The translations under genes and the position numbers were made by a program. A DNA stretch of 32,000 nt from SAR202 cluster bacterium. Lineage in GTDB: Bacteria; Chloroflexota; Dehalococcoidia; Lucifugimonadales; UBA2962. The notes under the pieces were generated by a model. The model saw only the letters and a list, made by a program, of their open reading frames with translations, did no database searches and was not told the origin of the DNA. Every line of letters begins with the position of its first letter. Position 1 is the stretch's first letter. The stretch covers positions 95,259-127,258 of the forward strand of contig JAKUTS010000004.1 of NCBI GenBank assembly GCA_022447925.1, written 5' to 3'. Of this stretch, positions 1 to 9,109 are shown piece by piece.

Positions 1-1
1 A

Positions 2-832
2 TTCTGTGGACGATGTGACAGATGTCTTGAAGGAAATCCTGCTCTGTGCCTTAGAGATCCGATGTGGGGCCTTTTTAGATCTGAGAATGACAAGCCAAAG
101 TTATATAAAGACAAAGAAATTATAAATCAATTTTTACGACTGTCTTCATTTGCTGAGATGATGTTGATTCATGAAAATGCTTTAGTAAAAGTAGATCCTG
201 AAGTTCCTTTTGAGCAACTTGCTTTAATTGGTTGTGGAGTTACGACAGGACTAGGAGCAGTTCTGAAAACAGCAAGAATCAAAGCTGGCTCTACTGTGGC
301 AGTTATAGGGTGTGGAGGCGTCGGGTTGAGCGCTATTCAAGGAGCACGAATCGCCGGGGCATTACGAATAATTGCGATAGATACAGTTGGAAGCAAACTT
401 GAAATGGCCATAGAGCATGGTGCTACGGATGCCATCAGTGCCACATCGAGTGACTTAGTCCAAAACGTGATAGAGATGACGAAGGGTGGAGTTGATTATT
501 CATTTGATGCATTAGGTATTAAACAAACAGCTGAACAAGCTTACGATATAGTTCGTCCAGGAGGAACTGCCACCATCGTTGGATTAATAGCTGAAGGGGT
601 AAAAATTGAGTTAGATGGATTGGGATTTATGGATGAAAAACGAGTCCAAGGTTCATGCATGGGGTCAAATCAATTTAGGACAGACATGCCACGATATATT
701 GAGTTATACAAACAAGGAAGATTAAAAATAGACAGCCTTGTATCACAAAAACTTAAAATTGATGGAATAAACAAAGCTTTTGACGACATGAAAACAGGCG
801 GTTTAGCCAGAAGCGTTATTGTTTTTGATTGA
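2..832 (+). CDS. Zn-dependent (MDR family) alcohol dehydrogenase, 5'-truncated by the window edge
   Basis: Frame 2 is open from nt 2 and reads FCGRCDRCLEGNPALC, the structural-zinc Cys cluster of MDR alcohol dehydrogenases. It continues in frame into listed ORF 62..832. Rossmann motif VIGCGGVGLSAIQGA is present, and the C-terminal layout is typical of class III-like ADHs. Confidence 0.85.
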   Translation, partial: FCGRCDRCLEGNPALCLRDPMWGLFRSENDKPKLYKDKEIINQFLRLSSFAEMMLIHENALVKVDPEVPFEQLALIGCGVTTGLGAVLKTARIKAGSTVAVIGCGGVGLSAIQGARIAGALRIIAIDTVGSKLEMAIEHGATDAISATSSDLVQNVIEMTKGGVDYSFDALGIKQTAEQAYDIVRPGGTATIVGLIAEGVKIELDGLGFMDEKRVQGSCMGSNQFRTDMPRYIELYKQGRLKIDSLVSQKLKIDGINKAFDDMKTGGLARSVIVFD

Positions 833-896
833 GGAATTAATCTTCCATTTTTAAATAGTTTAAATCATCTTTATATTTGCTATACTTTCAACCTAT

Positions 897-1928
897 ATGA
901 ATATATTACTAGTAGTTTCACCGAGCCAAGGTGATGGTAAAACAGCCATCTCATTAACTTTAGCTCACCACATTGCTAACTCAGGAAAAAAAGTTACCGC
1001 TCTTAAACCGTTCGCCAGCAAGAGTGAAATAAGTAATGAAGCTGATCTTTCAGCATTCTCTAACCTAGTAACATCTAAGCCTTTAGAATGGCCCATGGAA
1101 TTACCTGAGTCAGGACTGATAGATGCCCGAGGCAAAGCTGATAAAGGTTTGGAAGAGGTCAAAAAAGAACTATCTAAAATAGCACAAAGCTATGACCTTT
1201 TAATATTGGAACTCCCGTCAAAAATACCACATGAAGAACAAGCTAAAGTTGCTGAGTTTCTTGAAGCAAAAGTTCTAGCAGTAATTCGGCACAAGCATGC
1301 TCTTAAGACCAAAAAACTCAAACAATACTTGGTGTCGTTTGGCAAAAGCCTTTCCGGTGTTTTAATAAATGCTCGTACTAAATACACCTCACATGAAGTA
1401 CAAACTCTATTCATCCCAGAACTTGAAGATGTAAATATTAAAGTGTTTGGCACCATACCTGAAGATAGAACGCTTCTGGCATCAACAGTGGACCAGGTTG
1501 TGGAACACCTAAATGGAGAGTACGCTCTAAAAATCGATGATCGTTCAACTGAATTAATAGAAAACTTTTTAGTTGGCGGATGGACTATGGACGAAGGTGC
1601 ACTATATTTTTCCACTAAAGATAACAAAGCTGTGATCACGAGAGGAGATAGGCCTGACTTGCAAATGTCGGCACTAAGCACTGAAACAGCCTGCCTAATC
1701 ATGACAAAAGGGATAAAGCCTATTGAATATGTCGAGTATGAAGCGCAAGAAGAAGGTGTATCAATAGTCGTTGTTGATAAAGACACAATAAGTACGATGG
1801 AGTCTTTAAATTCATTAGTTGATAATTCTAAGTTTGATCACATATCCAAACTTGAACGGTTACATGAACTTATCAAATCTGAAGTTGACTCTGCGTCATT
1901 GCTAGATGATATTGGCATAGCAAGTTAA
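897..1928 (+). CDS. P-loop (BioD/CobQ-like) plus DRTGG-domain protein, resembling the N-terminal region of phosphotransacetylase
   Basis: ATG start at 897. N-terminal VVSPSQGDGKT is a P-loop like those of dethiobiotin-synthase/CobQ-type domains. The central AVITRGDRPD motif matches the signature that gives the DRTGG domain its name. No acetyltransferase catalytic domain is present. Confidence 0.6.
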   Translation: MNILLVVSPSQGDGKTAISLTLAHHIANSGKKVTALKPFASKSEISNEADLSAFSNLVTSKPLEWPMELPESGLIDARGKADKGLEEVKKELSKIAQSYDLLILELPSKIPHEEQAKVAEFLEAKVLAVIRHKHALKTKKLKQYLVSFGKSLSGVLINARTKYTSHEVQTLFIPELEDVNIKVFGTIPEDRTLLASTVDQVVEHLNGEYALKIDDRSTELIENFLVGGWTMDEGALYFSTKDNKAVITRGDRPDLQMSALSTETACLIMTKGIKPIEYVEYEAQEEGVSIVVVDKDTISTMESLNSLVDNSKFDHISKLERLHELIKSEVDSASLLDDIGIAS

Positions 1929-3169
1929 ACATAGAGCAACGCTCCCGTAATAGAAACTAAAGATCCTCCATTAACATCTGCAGGACACTGGTCATACCCT
2001 ATTGCAAACCCTTTTGGGCTTTCGTTATAAGCCTTCTCAATCGTCTTAAGCATCATATAGATCGGCGATAGTCCACAAATACGTCTCTTGTCAGATTCAA
2101 GCCTGGAAATACTCAAAAACAGGTCACCATCCCCATCACAAATCGCTGCGATGCTTTCATCATCATGAAGCTGCAAAGTATGCCTTGAAGCAGGCTCAAC
2201 TTGAGCGCTATCACCAAAAACTGGGCCAACATGAGCCAGGTCTCCTGCCGCTACTATTAATGTACGCCGTTCGAGCATAGATTCTGCCAATATCTTTATT
2301 GTTTCAGATATAACTGGATTTTTATCGGGTTCCTCATCATTTTCGATATATTTATAAAATGAACCGCATAAAATTGGTATAGTTGAAAAAGATAGATTAT
2401 TCATAAATGCATGCATCCAAACACTAGCCAGTTCTATTGAGTGTTCACTCCGATGGTGCAATTCCTCTACCAGAACAGTATCGGCATCCAATTTCTCTAT
2501 CAGTTTTTCTACGAGCCCTGTATCTGTATTTAAAACCCCAAATGGAGTGGCATAACTCTGCAAAGTAGGAGTTATAGTAGATGAGCCTCCATAGTGATCA
2601 GTACCAAAAATAATTACAGACTCAATATCTTGCAAACTTGGAGCAGCAGCCTGCCAAGTCGAAGCGTAAGTACCTCCACCTCTTGCAAAATCAATATGAG
2701 GACTCAATAAGCCGACTAATGATCCTGTATCAGCAGATGGACTAGTCATTGCATTTTGTTCACAGAAACTAGATATCATTTCCATAGTTTTAGCTTTATC
2801 TTCTGGGTAAACTGCGCCAGAGTGCATCATTAATCGATTAGGTGTATTTCTATATTCTTCGGTAGTTTTAACTACAATGTTTTTAAGGCTAGAATTATCC
2901 AAAAGAAATGCCTTGTCAAGTTGATCTAGTAAATCTTGTATCTTTTGGTTTGAAAACTCCAAACCAACAGTCGTTCGAAGCGCTTCACTTAATCCGCTTA
3001 CATCTTTGGTTCCATCAAGCATTCTTAATAATGGAACTATGGGTGCTGGAATTAATATACTTTTGTCAGACAACATAAGAGGATCCTGTAAATATAAAAA
3101 ATCTTTACCTTCGTGCTCTATCCATTTCGGATCTAGAGAACTTCTTAATTTAAAGTTGTTGTCAGACAT
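1925..3169 (-). CDS. MEMO1 / AmmeMemoRadiSam system protein B family protein with an N-terminal extension of about 100 aa
   Basis: ATG at 3169-3167, preceded by GAGGT. The core motifs SGAVYPED and LLSPHIDFARGGGTYAS occupy the positions of the AGxFYP and PHAGYxYSG motifs of MEMO-family proteins. At 414 aa it is longer than the roughly 270-aa typical core. Confidence 0.7.
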   Translation of the reverse strand: MSDNNFKLRSSLDPKWIEHEGKDFLYLQDPLMLSDKSILIPAPIVPLLRMLDGTKDVSGLSEALRTTVGLEFSNQKIQDLLDQLDKAFLLDNSSLKNIVVKTTEEYRNTPNRLMMHSGAVYPEDKAKTMEMISSFCEQNAMTSPSADTGSLVGLLSPHIDFARGGGTYASTWQAAAPSLQDIESVIIFGTDHYGGSSTITPTLQSYATPFGVLNTDTGLVEKLIEKLDADTVLVEELHHRSEHSIELASVWMHAFMNNLSFSTIPILCGSFYKYIENDEEPDKNPVISETIKILAESMLERRTLIVAAGDLAHVGPVFGDSAQVEPASRHTLQLHDDESIAAICDGDGDLFLSISRLESDKRRICGLSPIYMMLKTIEKAYNESPKGFAIGYDQCPADVNGGSLVSITGALLYV

Positions 3170-3224
3170 CTTATTTAATATACCTCATTACCTAGCCTTT
3201 CATGGTAACCTAGATGTTACTGGT

Positions 3225-3719
3225 ATGCGAAAGATTTCACACTCATCGGTCAGCTTTTTGATCCTAGCAATATTTTTTACTGCTCTAACAGCTTCATGTT
3301 ATAACGCAGTGGATTCCTCATATTCAGAAGAAAGAGCCCATGAATTAAATGAAAATGTGATGTGTCCCGTATGCCCAGGTGAATCTATCGATCAGTCTCA
3401 AAACCCCCTAGCGATACAGATGCGCGAGATAATTAAAAATAAATTAGACCAGGGATGGACTGATCAAGAAATAAAGGATTACTTTGTTGAAAAGTATGGG
3501 CCAAGTGTACTGCTCGCTCCGCCAAGCTCTGGCGTTAGCTTGATTATTTGGATTGTACCTCCAATAATTGTCGTTTTCGCTATATTAATCCTAATCGCAG
3601 TTATTAAATCAATGTCGAAAAGCAAAATTGTCGATGACCGTTTAATGAAAGTTAAACCGTCCCAGACAAAAATATCGGAATATTCAAAAAGATTAGAGAA
3701 AATGATTGATGAATCATAA
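3225..3719 (+). CDS. ccmH: Cytochrome c-type biogenesis protein CcmH (heme lyase subunit)
   Basis: I start the gene at ATG 3225 (MRKISHSSVSFLILAIFF..., a signal anchor), not at track start 3006, which overlaps the divergent MEMO gene. Conserved CcmH motif MCPVCPGESIDQSQNPLA with CxxC, followed by DQEIKDYFVEKYGPSVLLAPP and a C-terminal TM helix. Confidence 0.85.
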   Translation: MRKISHSSVSFLILAIFFTALTASCYNAVDSSYSEERAHELNENVMCPVCPGESIDQSQNPLAIQMREIIKNKLDQGWTDQEIKDYFVEKYGPSVLLAPPSSGVSLIIWIVPPIIVVFAILILIAVIKSMSKSKIVDDRLMKVKPSQTKISEYSKRLEKMIDES

Positions 3720-3743
3720 ATTTTTCAAAATGGATCTAGCAAA

Positions 3744-5729
3744 ATGTTTGTAGAAGCAGGATACATAGCTATTGGCGTTTCATTTGCTTTGTCTATTTAT
3801 ATTTCATTAGCTGCTTTGACTGGTGGAATTAAAAAGATTCCTGAACTTATTGTAAGTGCCAGATGGGGTCTGTATTCACTACCCATTTTATTGCTTGTTG
3901 CAGTTGCTGCTTTGGTTAATGCATTTGTTACAAATGATTTTTCAGTGCGCTATGTAGCTGAAAATTCAAATCTGGCTATGCCTCAACAGTATACTTGGGT
4001 TGCTTTATATGCCGGCAATGCGGGATCTCTATTATTTATTGCTATCGTATTCTCTCTACTAGCTGTAATAGCAATATTATCAATCAGAAAATCGTTGCCA
4101 CACTCCACTCCTTACGCTCTGACAATAATGGCATTAGTTCTTACTTTTTTCTTGGGGATAATTTGTTTTATGGCTAATCCTCTCGAGCGTTTACCTATTA
4201 CTCCAACAGATGGGCAAGGTATTAATCCTTTGCTTGTACATTTTGGCATGTTCATACATCCACCGGTGCAAATGACTGGCCTCGTTTCTGTAACTATCCC
4301 ATTCAGTATCGCTATAGGCGCAATGTTAGCGAAAAGAGGAGGTAGAGATGAGTGGGTTGATATCGGCAGAATATGGGGAATGATCTCTTGGTTAATATTA
4401 ACTATGGGGCTTCTTTTAGGTTCGTGGTGGGCCTACACCATCCTTGGTTGGGGAGGCTATTGGGCTTGGGACCCAGTAGAAAATTCTGCATTAATGCCGT
4501 GGCTTGCAATGACCGCATTTATACACTCAATTATGGTTCAAAAAAGGCGTGGAATGTTTCGAATGTGGAACATGGTAATAATCATTGTCGCATTTACTCT
4601 TTCTCTAATGGGTATGTTCATCAACCGAGGAGGGCCCGTTCCATCTGTACACTCATTCGCTCAATCGACAATGGGATGGTTATTCTTAATGTTCATGGGT
4701 GTTGCGTTGTTTGGTTCATTGATTGCATTTCTATGGCGTATGGATAACTTAGTTAGCAGAGAGAAACTTGAGTCATTATTTTCTCGTGAAAGCATGTTTC
4801 TATTTCAAAATATTTTATTTCTTGTTGCGGCTTTTATAACTCTATGGGGTTCGGTATTCCCAGTGCTTGCAGACGTAATAAACGATACAACAGTCACCGT
4901 GGGTGAACCATTTTATAATGTGGTTGTTGGCCCGGTATTATTACTCATATTAGCGGTTATGGGAATTGGCCCATTCTTCCCTTGGCGAAGGTCAACAAGA
5001 AGCAATATATATAGAGCAATCAGAGTGCCAGTGGTAGCAGGAATATTAACTGCGATAATAATTATTGCAGTAGGAATCAGACAACCTGTCGCTATTTTGG
5101 CATTTTCAGTTTGTGCAGTAGCAGCTGCAGGTATATTCAATGAATGGTTCAGAGGTACTAGATCTCGAATGCGTAAAAAAGAACGTATATGGATAGCATT
5201 TGCAAAACTCATCGCAGGCAACAGACCAAGGTACGGAGGATATATAGTTCACCTAGGAATATTAATGTTAGCTATTGGTGCGATTGCATCTTCATTCTAT
5301 TCGATTCAACGCGACATTATGATGAAGCCAGGTGAAACTTATCAGGTCCAAGATTACCGTATCTCATATGTAGATTCATCAGAAAAAAAATACTCGGATA
5401 GAGATGAATTCATAGGAGAATTCAAGGTAACTAAAGGTGATAAGGATCTCGGCATGATGTATCCAAAACAATCCTTTTACAGAGAATTCAGAATAAATGC
5501 TACGCATGCTGCGATTAAATCAAACCCGATTGAAGATTTTTATATCATACCTTCCCAACTATCTGACGATGGTGGAGCAATATTTAGAATACTTTTAAAC
5601 CCTCTTGTTTGGTGGATGTGGGCAGCTGGACCCGTGATGGCAATTGGGACAATATTTGCTCTTTCACCGCAAAAACGACTTTCAACCAACCTGGTTTCGA
5701 AACCAGACAAAAAAGTAGTTTCGAGTTAA
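3744..5729 (+). CDS. ccmF: Cytochrome c-type biogenesis protein CcmF (heme lyase, System I)
   Basis: 661-aa polytopic membrane protein with the tryptophan-rich WWD signature WGGYWAWDPVENSALMPWL. It lies 24 nt downstream of ccmH. Confidence 0.9.
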   Translation: MFVEAGYIAIGVSFALSIYISLAALTGGIKKIPELIVSARWGLYSLPILLLVAVAALVNAFVTNDFSVRYVAENSNLAMPQQYTWVALYAGNAGSLLFIAIVFSLLAVIAILSIRKSLPHSTPYALTIMALVLTFFLGIICFMANPLERLPITPTDGQGINPLLVHFGMFIHPPVQMTGLVSVTIPFSIAIGAMLAKRGGRDEWVDIGRIWGMISWLILTMGLLLGSWWAYTILGWGGYWAWDPVENSALMPWLAMTAFIHSIMVQKRRGMFRMWNMVIIIVAFTLSLMGMFINRGGPVPSVHSFAQSTMGWLFLMFMGVALFGSLIAFLWRMDNLVSREKLESLFSRESMFLFQNILFLVAAFITLWGSVFPVLADVINDTTVTVGEPFYNVVVGPVLLLILAVMGIGPFFPWRRSTRSNIYRAIRVPVVAGILTAIIIIAVGIRQPVAILAFSVCAVAAAGIFNEWFRGTRSRMRKKERIWIAFAKLIAGNRPRYGGYIVHLGILMLAIGAIASSFYSIQRDIMMKPGETYQVQDYRISYVDSSEKKYSDRDEFIGEFKVTKGDKDLGMMYPKQSFYREFRINATHAAIKSNPIEDFYIIPSQLSDDGGAIFRILLNPLVWWMWAAGPVMAIGTIFALSPQKRLSTNLVSKPDKKVVSS

Positions 5730-5736
5730 TAATCTA

Positions 5737-6105
5737 ATGTTAGTTTTAATAGCCATAATACTTACTGTCATACCAGCATTAATAATCTTGTACCCTCTCT
5801 TAAAAAGAGTTGGCTCCACTGAGCTTTTAAAGGATGAATCAAGTTTGACATCCGAGCTTAATCGAAGATGGGATAGCGTTGTAGCTGGGTTGAGAACTGC
5901 TGAGCTTGAATTTTCAATCGGCAATTTATCTCACGACGATTACAAATGGATCAAAAATACCTATGCTAAAGAAACAGCTCAAATTATGGAGGCTATGGAA
6001 TTACAAGAAGAAGAAGAAAACGAATTAATGGAGTCTCTAGAACAAGAAATCGAACGAGCAAAACTAGAATTAGCAAGCGAGAAAGAGAGTGAAGATCAAA
6101 GCTAA
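5737..6105 (+). CDS. Small single-pass membrane protein with an acidic coiled-coil tail (possible CcmI N-terminal-like module)
   Basis: Starts 7 nt after the ccmF stop. The N-terminal TM helix ends in YPLLKR, reminiscent of the TM-PLLR start of CcmI/CycH proteins. The remainder is Glu-rich helical sequence with no TPR region. Confidence 0.55.
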   Translation: MLVLIAIILTVIPALIILYPLLKRVGSTELLKDESSLTSELNRRWDSVVAGLRTAELEFSIGNLSHDDYKWIKNTYAKETAQIMEAMELQEEEENELMESLEQEIERAKLELASEKESEDQS

Positions 6106-7249
6106 ACCAGTATTATTTCATCTATTTTGGCTAGCATTTGGAGTAATCCTTCTATCTCACGGCGCAACCGCTTTTGCGGCGGAACCAATTACCGTCAGCG
6201 GTAAAGTAACTAACATGTCCCAAAATGGTGATCCCTTGGATGGATTATCAGTTGTTCTACACGAAAATTCAGCTGATATTCTTGGCGAAACCGAATATAA
6301 GCTATCAGAAAATAATGAGTTTATATTTGAGAATATTATTTATGAACCCAACAAGCAGTACGGTGTTTCTATAATATTCAAAGGAGCTTTATATGGATTG
6401 AATCTAGACCTCTCCTTGGGATCTATTTCTGATTTAGAAATTGAAGTTTTTGAACCTATAAGAAGTGACGAACTGCTAAAGGCTTCGTTGGTCTCAATTC
6501 TAATTAACAGCGTTAATGTTGAAACAAAATCCATTTCTGTTCTAGAAATCATTAAGCTTGTAAATGATTCCGATCTAACCTATGTTCCAGGTCCAGCACC
6601 GATGCAACTATTACGATTCAGCTTACCTGAAGGCGCATATAATTTAATGATCGATTCTTCTTTATTAGGCGCTGAGATTTTCCAGGTAGACAAAGGTTTT
6701 GGCTTGTCTGCCTCACTGATTCCTGGCGAGCATGATATTTTCTTTTCTTATGACATGCCTTACGATTCAAAGACATATCAAATATCTAAAAACCTTCGAT
6801 ACGGAGCAGAAATTTTAAGAGTAGTGGCAGCGGTAGATTTGGTGAGCCTAGGTGAGACTTCTCACGGTGATTTTGAAGAATCATTGATAGGAGAAAGGAA
6901 ATACAATGTGCTAGAAGTTGCAAACATTGTGAAGGAAGAGGGTCTATTAGTAACTCTTGAAGATCTCCCTATACCCTCTGCCCCGCAAAGATTTTCTACC
7001 GCATTTAAGTCTATTAGGTGGGAATTAGCAGTGCCAGTTGCTTTAGGAATAATAGTTATTTTCTCTGCTGGAACCATAATTTGGTTAAATAGTAAAAACA
7101 AGTCCAATCATAAATCTCAGCTTAGCAATAGAGACAACCCAGAGCTATCACTTTTACATGAACTAGATCAAATGTATGCGGATGGCAAAATTTCTGAGGA
7201 AACTTACAGCCATAAAAAAGAAATGATAAAGAAAATTCTTGACGATTAA
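6089..7249 (+). CDS. Secreted, C-terminally membrane-anchored protein of unknown function with a SHOCT-like cytoplasmic tail
   Basis: GTG start overlaps the preceding gene by 17 nt. Signal peptide MKIKAKPVLFHLFWLAFGVILLSHGATAFA is followed by the beta-rich start ITVSGKVTN...DGLSVVL (carboxypeptidase-regulatory-like feel). TM helix WELAVPVALGIIVIFSAGTIIWL, then tail LHELDQMYADGKISEETYSHKKEMIKKIL. Confidence 0.6.
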   Translation: MKIKAKPVLFHLFWLAFGVILLSHGATAFAAEPITVSGKVTNMSQNGDPLDGLSVVLHENSADILGETEYKLSENNEFIFENIIYEPNKQYGVSIIFKGALYGLNLDLSLGSISDLEIEVFEPIRSDELLKASLVSILINSVNVETKSISVLEIIKLVNDSDLTYVPGPAPMQLLRFSLPEGAYNLMIDSSLLGAEIFQVDKGFGLSASLIPGEHDIFFSYDMPYDSKTYQISKNLRYGAEILRVVAAVDLVSLGETSHGDFEESLIGERKYNVLEVANIVKEEGLLVTLEDLPIPSAPQRFSTAFKSIRWELAVPVALGIIVIFSAGTIIWLNSKNKSNHKSQLSNRDNPELSLLHELDQMYADGKISEETYSHKKEMIKKILDD

Positions 7250-7258
7250 TCTTGTAAA

Positions 7259-7834
7259 TTAAATATTATCACTATCAGAAGTTAATTCAGAAGTGTATTC
7301 ACTCTTCAAAATTCCCATAACTACAGAATCAAATCGAGCCCCATCATGAGGCCTACTCTGCCTCAAAGTGCCTTCATGTACAAATCCAAAATGCCTGAAA
7401 AGGCTAATTGCCTTTTCGTTATATTCAGGAACATCAACCCAAATCCTGAACAGTCCGAATTCATTAAAACCCATTTCAATAACTTTGCCAGTGGCAGCAC
7501 TTCCAAAACCCTTATGCCATAAGTCTTTTCGACCAAGCAGAACAGATAACTGGCCATCGCCCAGAGCTTCTTCGATAGCTAAATGAACTTCACCAACATG
7601 CTCACCTAAGGCGTATATTGAAAAAATTTTATGATCTGAATCTTCGAAAATTTCTTTCCATTTATTTTCAGAAAATGATGCGGCCTTTGATGGGTTATAT
7701 GCAAGATGAGCCGAGTCCCCATATGAGTATCGGCCAAACCAACTTTCAGCAATCTCATCATCCTGCAACCACTGTTGTATTCTGAGAACATCCTCTTTAG
7801 ATACTGTTCTTAATTCAACGGATTCTAAGGACAT
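7259..7834 (-). CDS. GNAT family N-acetyltransferase (RimJ/RimL-like)
   Basis: ATG at 7834-7832 with GGAGGAG 7 nt upstream. The region ...GRKDLWHKGFGSAATGKVIEMGF... fits the acetyl-CoA binding motif A (Q/RxxGxG/A). Confidence 0.75.
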   Translation of the reverse strand: MSLESVELRTVSKEDVLRIQQWLQDDEIAESWFGRYSYGDSAHLAYNPSKAASFSENKWKEIFEDSDHKIFSIYALGEHVGEVHLAIEEALGDGQLSVLLGRKDLWHKGFGSAATGKVIEMGFNEFGLFRIWVDVPEYNEKAISLFRHFGFVHEGTLRQSRPHDGARFDSVVMGILKSEYTSELTSDSDNI

Positions 7835-7882
7835 ATTGCTTCTCCTCCAGTCATAAGATCAATCCAGAACTTTTGACCTGAT

Positions 7883-9058
7883 TTAGGCTTTCGCCTTATT
7901 TGACAATTGTTCTATTGCATCAACTAGCTTATTAATCTCATCTTCTGTATTAAAGAAACTTGTTGAAACCCTCATACCTTTTTGAGATTGTATAGCTCTA
8001 ATCACTATTTTGTCATTTTTCCAAAGCTGTAATACTGCCTCAGATTCATCTGCACCATTAATCTGAAAAGTGGTTAGAGCCGAACATTCATTCCCATCTA
8101 AGGGAGTTAGTATATTAATGCCGTCAATCGAACTTAAACCCTCTTTGAGGATTTTAGTCAGTTCTAAATTACGCTTTTCTACATTAGGCATTTTAAGCTC
8201 TAAGATTTTGGTAATGGCCGCATTATAGCCTGCTCTTAAGGGAGCACTCGTGGTAGACATAGAAAACTTGTCTACTGATTGCGTTACCGCATCGAACCTC
8301 CCCTCTAAGTTAAAGTTAGATGAAAACCCGAAACCAATACGACTTGGTTGCACCTCGGGAATTAGATTATGTTTAATAAATAATGCACCTGTCTGATCCG
8401 GTCCTAAAAGCCATTTTTGACCTGGCGAAGAATAAAAATCAACCCCTAGTGCATTCATATCCAAGTCAATATGACCAGGGCCTTGAGCTCCATCCACAAG
8501 AACGCGAGCACCAACTTTATGAGCTATCGAAGCTATTGCGGATACCGGCATCCTAAGTCCCGTAGAATATTGTATGTGACTGAACATCACCAGTCTGGTT
8601 CGTCCGGTTATAGTAGATGCGAAAGATTGCTTAATATCGTTGTGATTAGAACTTAAATCAATAGAAACCATCCGCAAACGCACGCCTTTGGAACTCTGAA
8701 GATTATATGCAGGCAACAAAACAGATGGATGTTCTAAATCGCATAAAACCACTTCATCACCCGGTTTCCATGGAAGGCCATTTAGAATTAAATTGATTCC
8801 ATCGGTGGTATTATCAGTCAACACAACTTCTTCAGGCATACAATTAAATAACTTAGATACAAGCATTTTAGAATCGGACATAATTTTCTGTCCGCTCTCA
8901 AGAATCTCTGGACTAGTCGGGCCATTAAAACTTTCTATTTCTAATCTTGATTTAATCGCATCAACAACATAAGTAGGTGAAGGGCCAGACCAACCTGTAT
9001 TTAAATAGGTCATATCATTGATATTTGGCATCAATGACCTAATCTTTTTAACGTCCAT
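7883..9058 (-). CDS. Class V (fold type I) PLP-dependent aminotransferase / cysteine desulfurase-like enzyme
   Basis: 391 aa. Candidate PLP-lysine context YSSPGQKWLLGPDQTGALF resembles the HKW(L)xxPxGxG motif of class V aminotransferase / epimerase-like proteins. Substrate specificity cannot be called by eye. Confidence 0.7.
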   Translation of the reverse strand: MDVKKIRSLMPNINDMTYLNTGWSGPSPTYVVDAIKSRLEIESFNGPTSPEILESGQKIMSDSKMLVSKLFNCMPEEVVLTDNTTDGINLILNGLPWKPGDEVVLCDLEHPSVLLPAYNLQSSKGVRLRMVSIDLSSNHNDIKQSFASTITGRTRLVMFSHIQYSTGLRMPVSAIASIAHKVGARVLVDGAQGPGHIDLDMNALGVDFYSSPGQKWLLGPDQTGALFIKHNLIPEVQPSRIGFGFSSNFNLEGRFDAVTQSVDKFSMSTTSAPLRAGYNAAITKILELKMPNVEKRNLELTKILKEGLSSIDGINILTPLDGNECSALTTFQINGADESEAVLQLWKNDKIVIRAIQSQKGMRVSTSFFNTEDEINKLVDAIEQLSNKAKA

Positions 9059-9109
9059 GTATATATTAATCCTGTATCATATTCTGGGTTTATCAGCCTG
9101 AATTTATAT

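Noticed and set aside
851-886. Promoter-like TTTAAA / TATACT hexamers upstream of the DRTGG gene
   Set aside because: The -35 match is poor. The predicted transcript would be almost leaderless, with no Shine-Dalgarno sequence. This is indistinguishable from background in AT-rich DNA.
965-1786. Antisense ORFs 965..1162 and 1190..1786; similar internal or alternative-frame ORFs occur inside ccmF, the aminotransferases, the aldolase and the ligase
   Set aside because: Each lies entirely inside a longer gene with clear family motifs on the other strand or frame. Their translations are low-complexity and lack any motif.
1925-3169. A complete AmmeMemoRadiSam system
   Set aside because: Only the MEMO-like component is present. 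No AMMECR1-like or radical SAM (CxxxCxxC) gene is in the window.
3006-3224. Long N-terminal extension of ccmH (track start 3006)
   Set aside because: It would overlap the divergent MEMO gene by 164 nt and adds non-hydrophobic junk sequence. ATG 3225 gives the expected signal-anchor N terminus.
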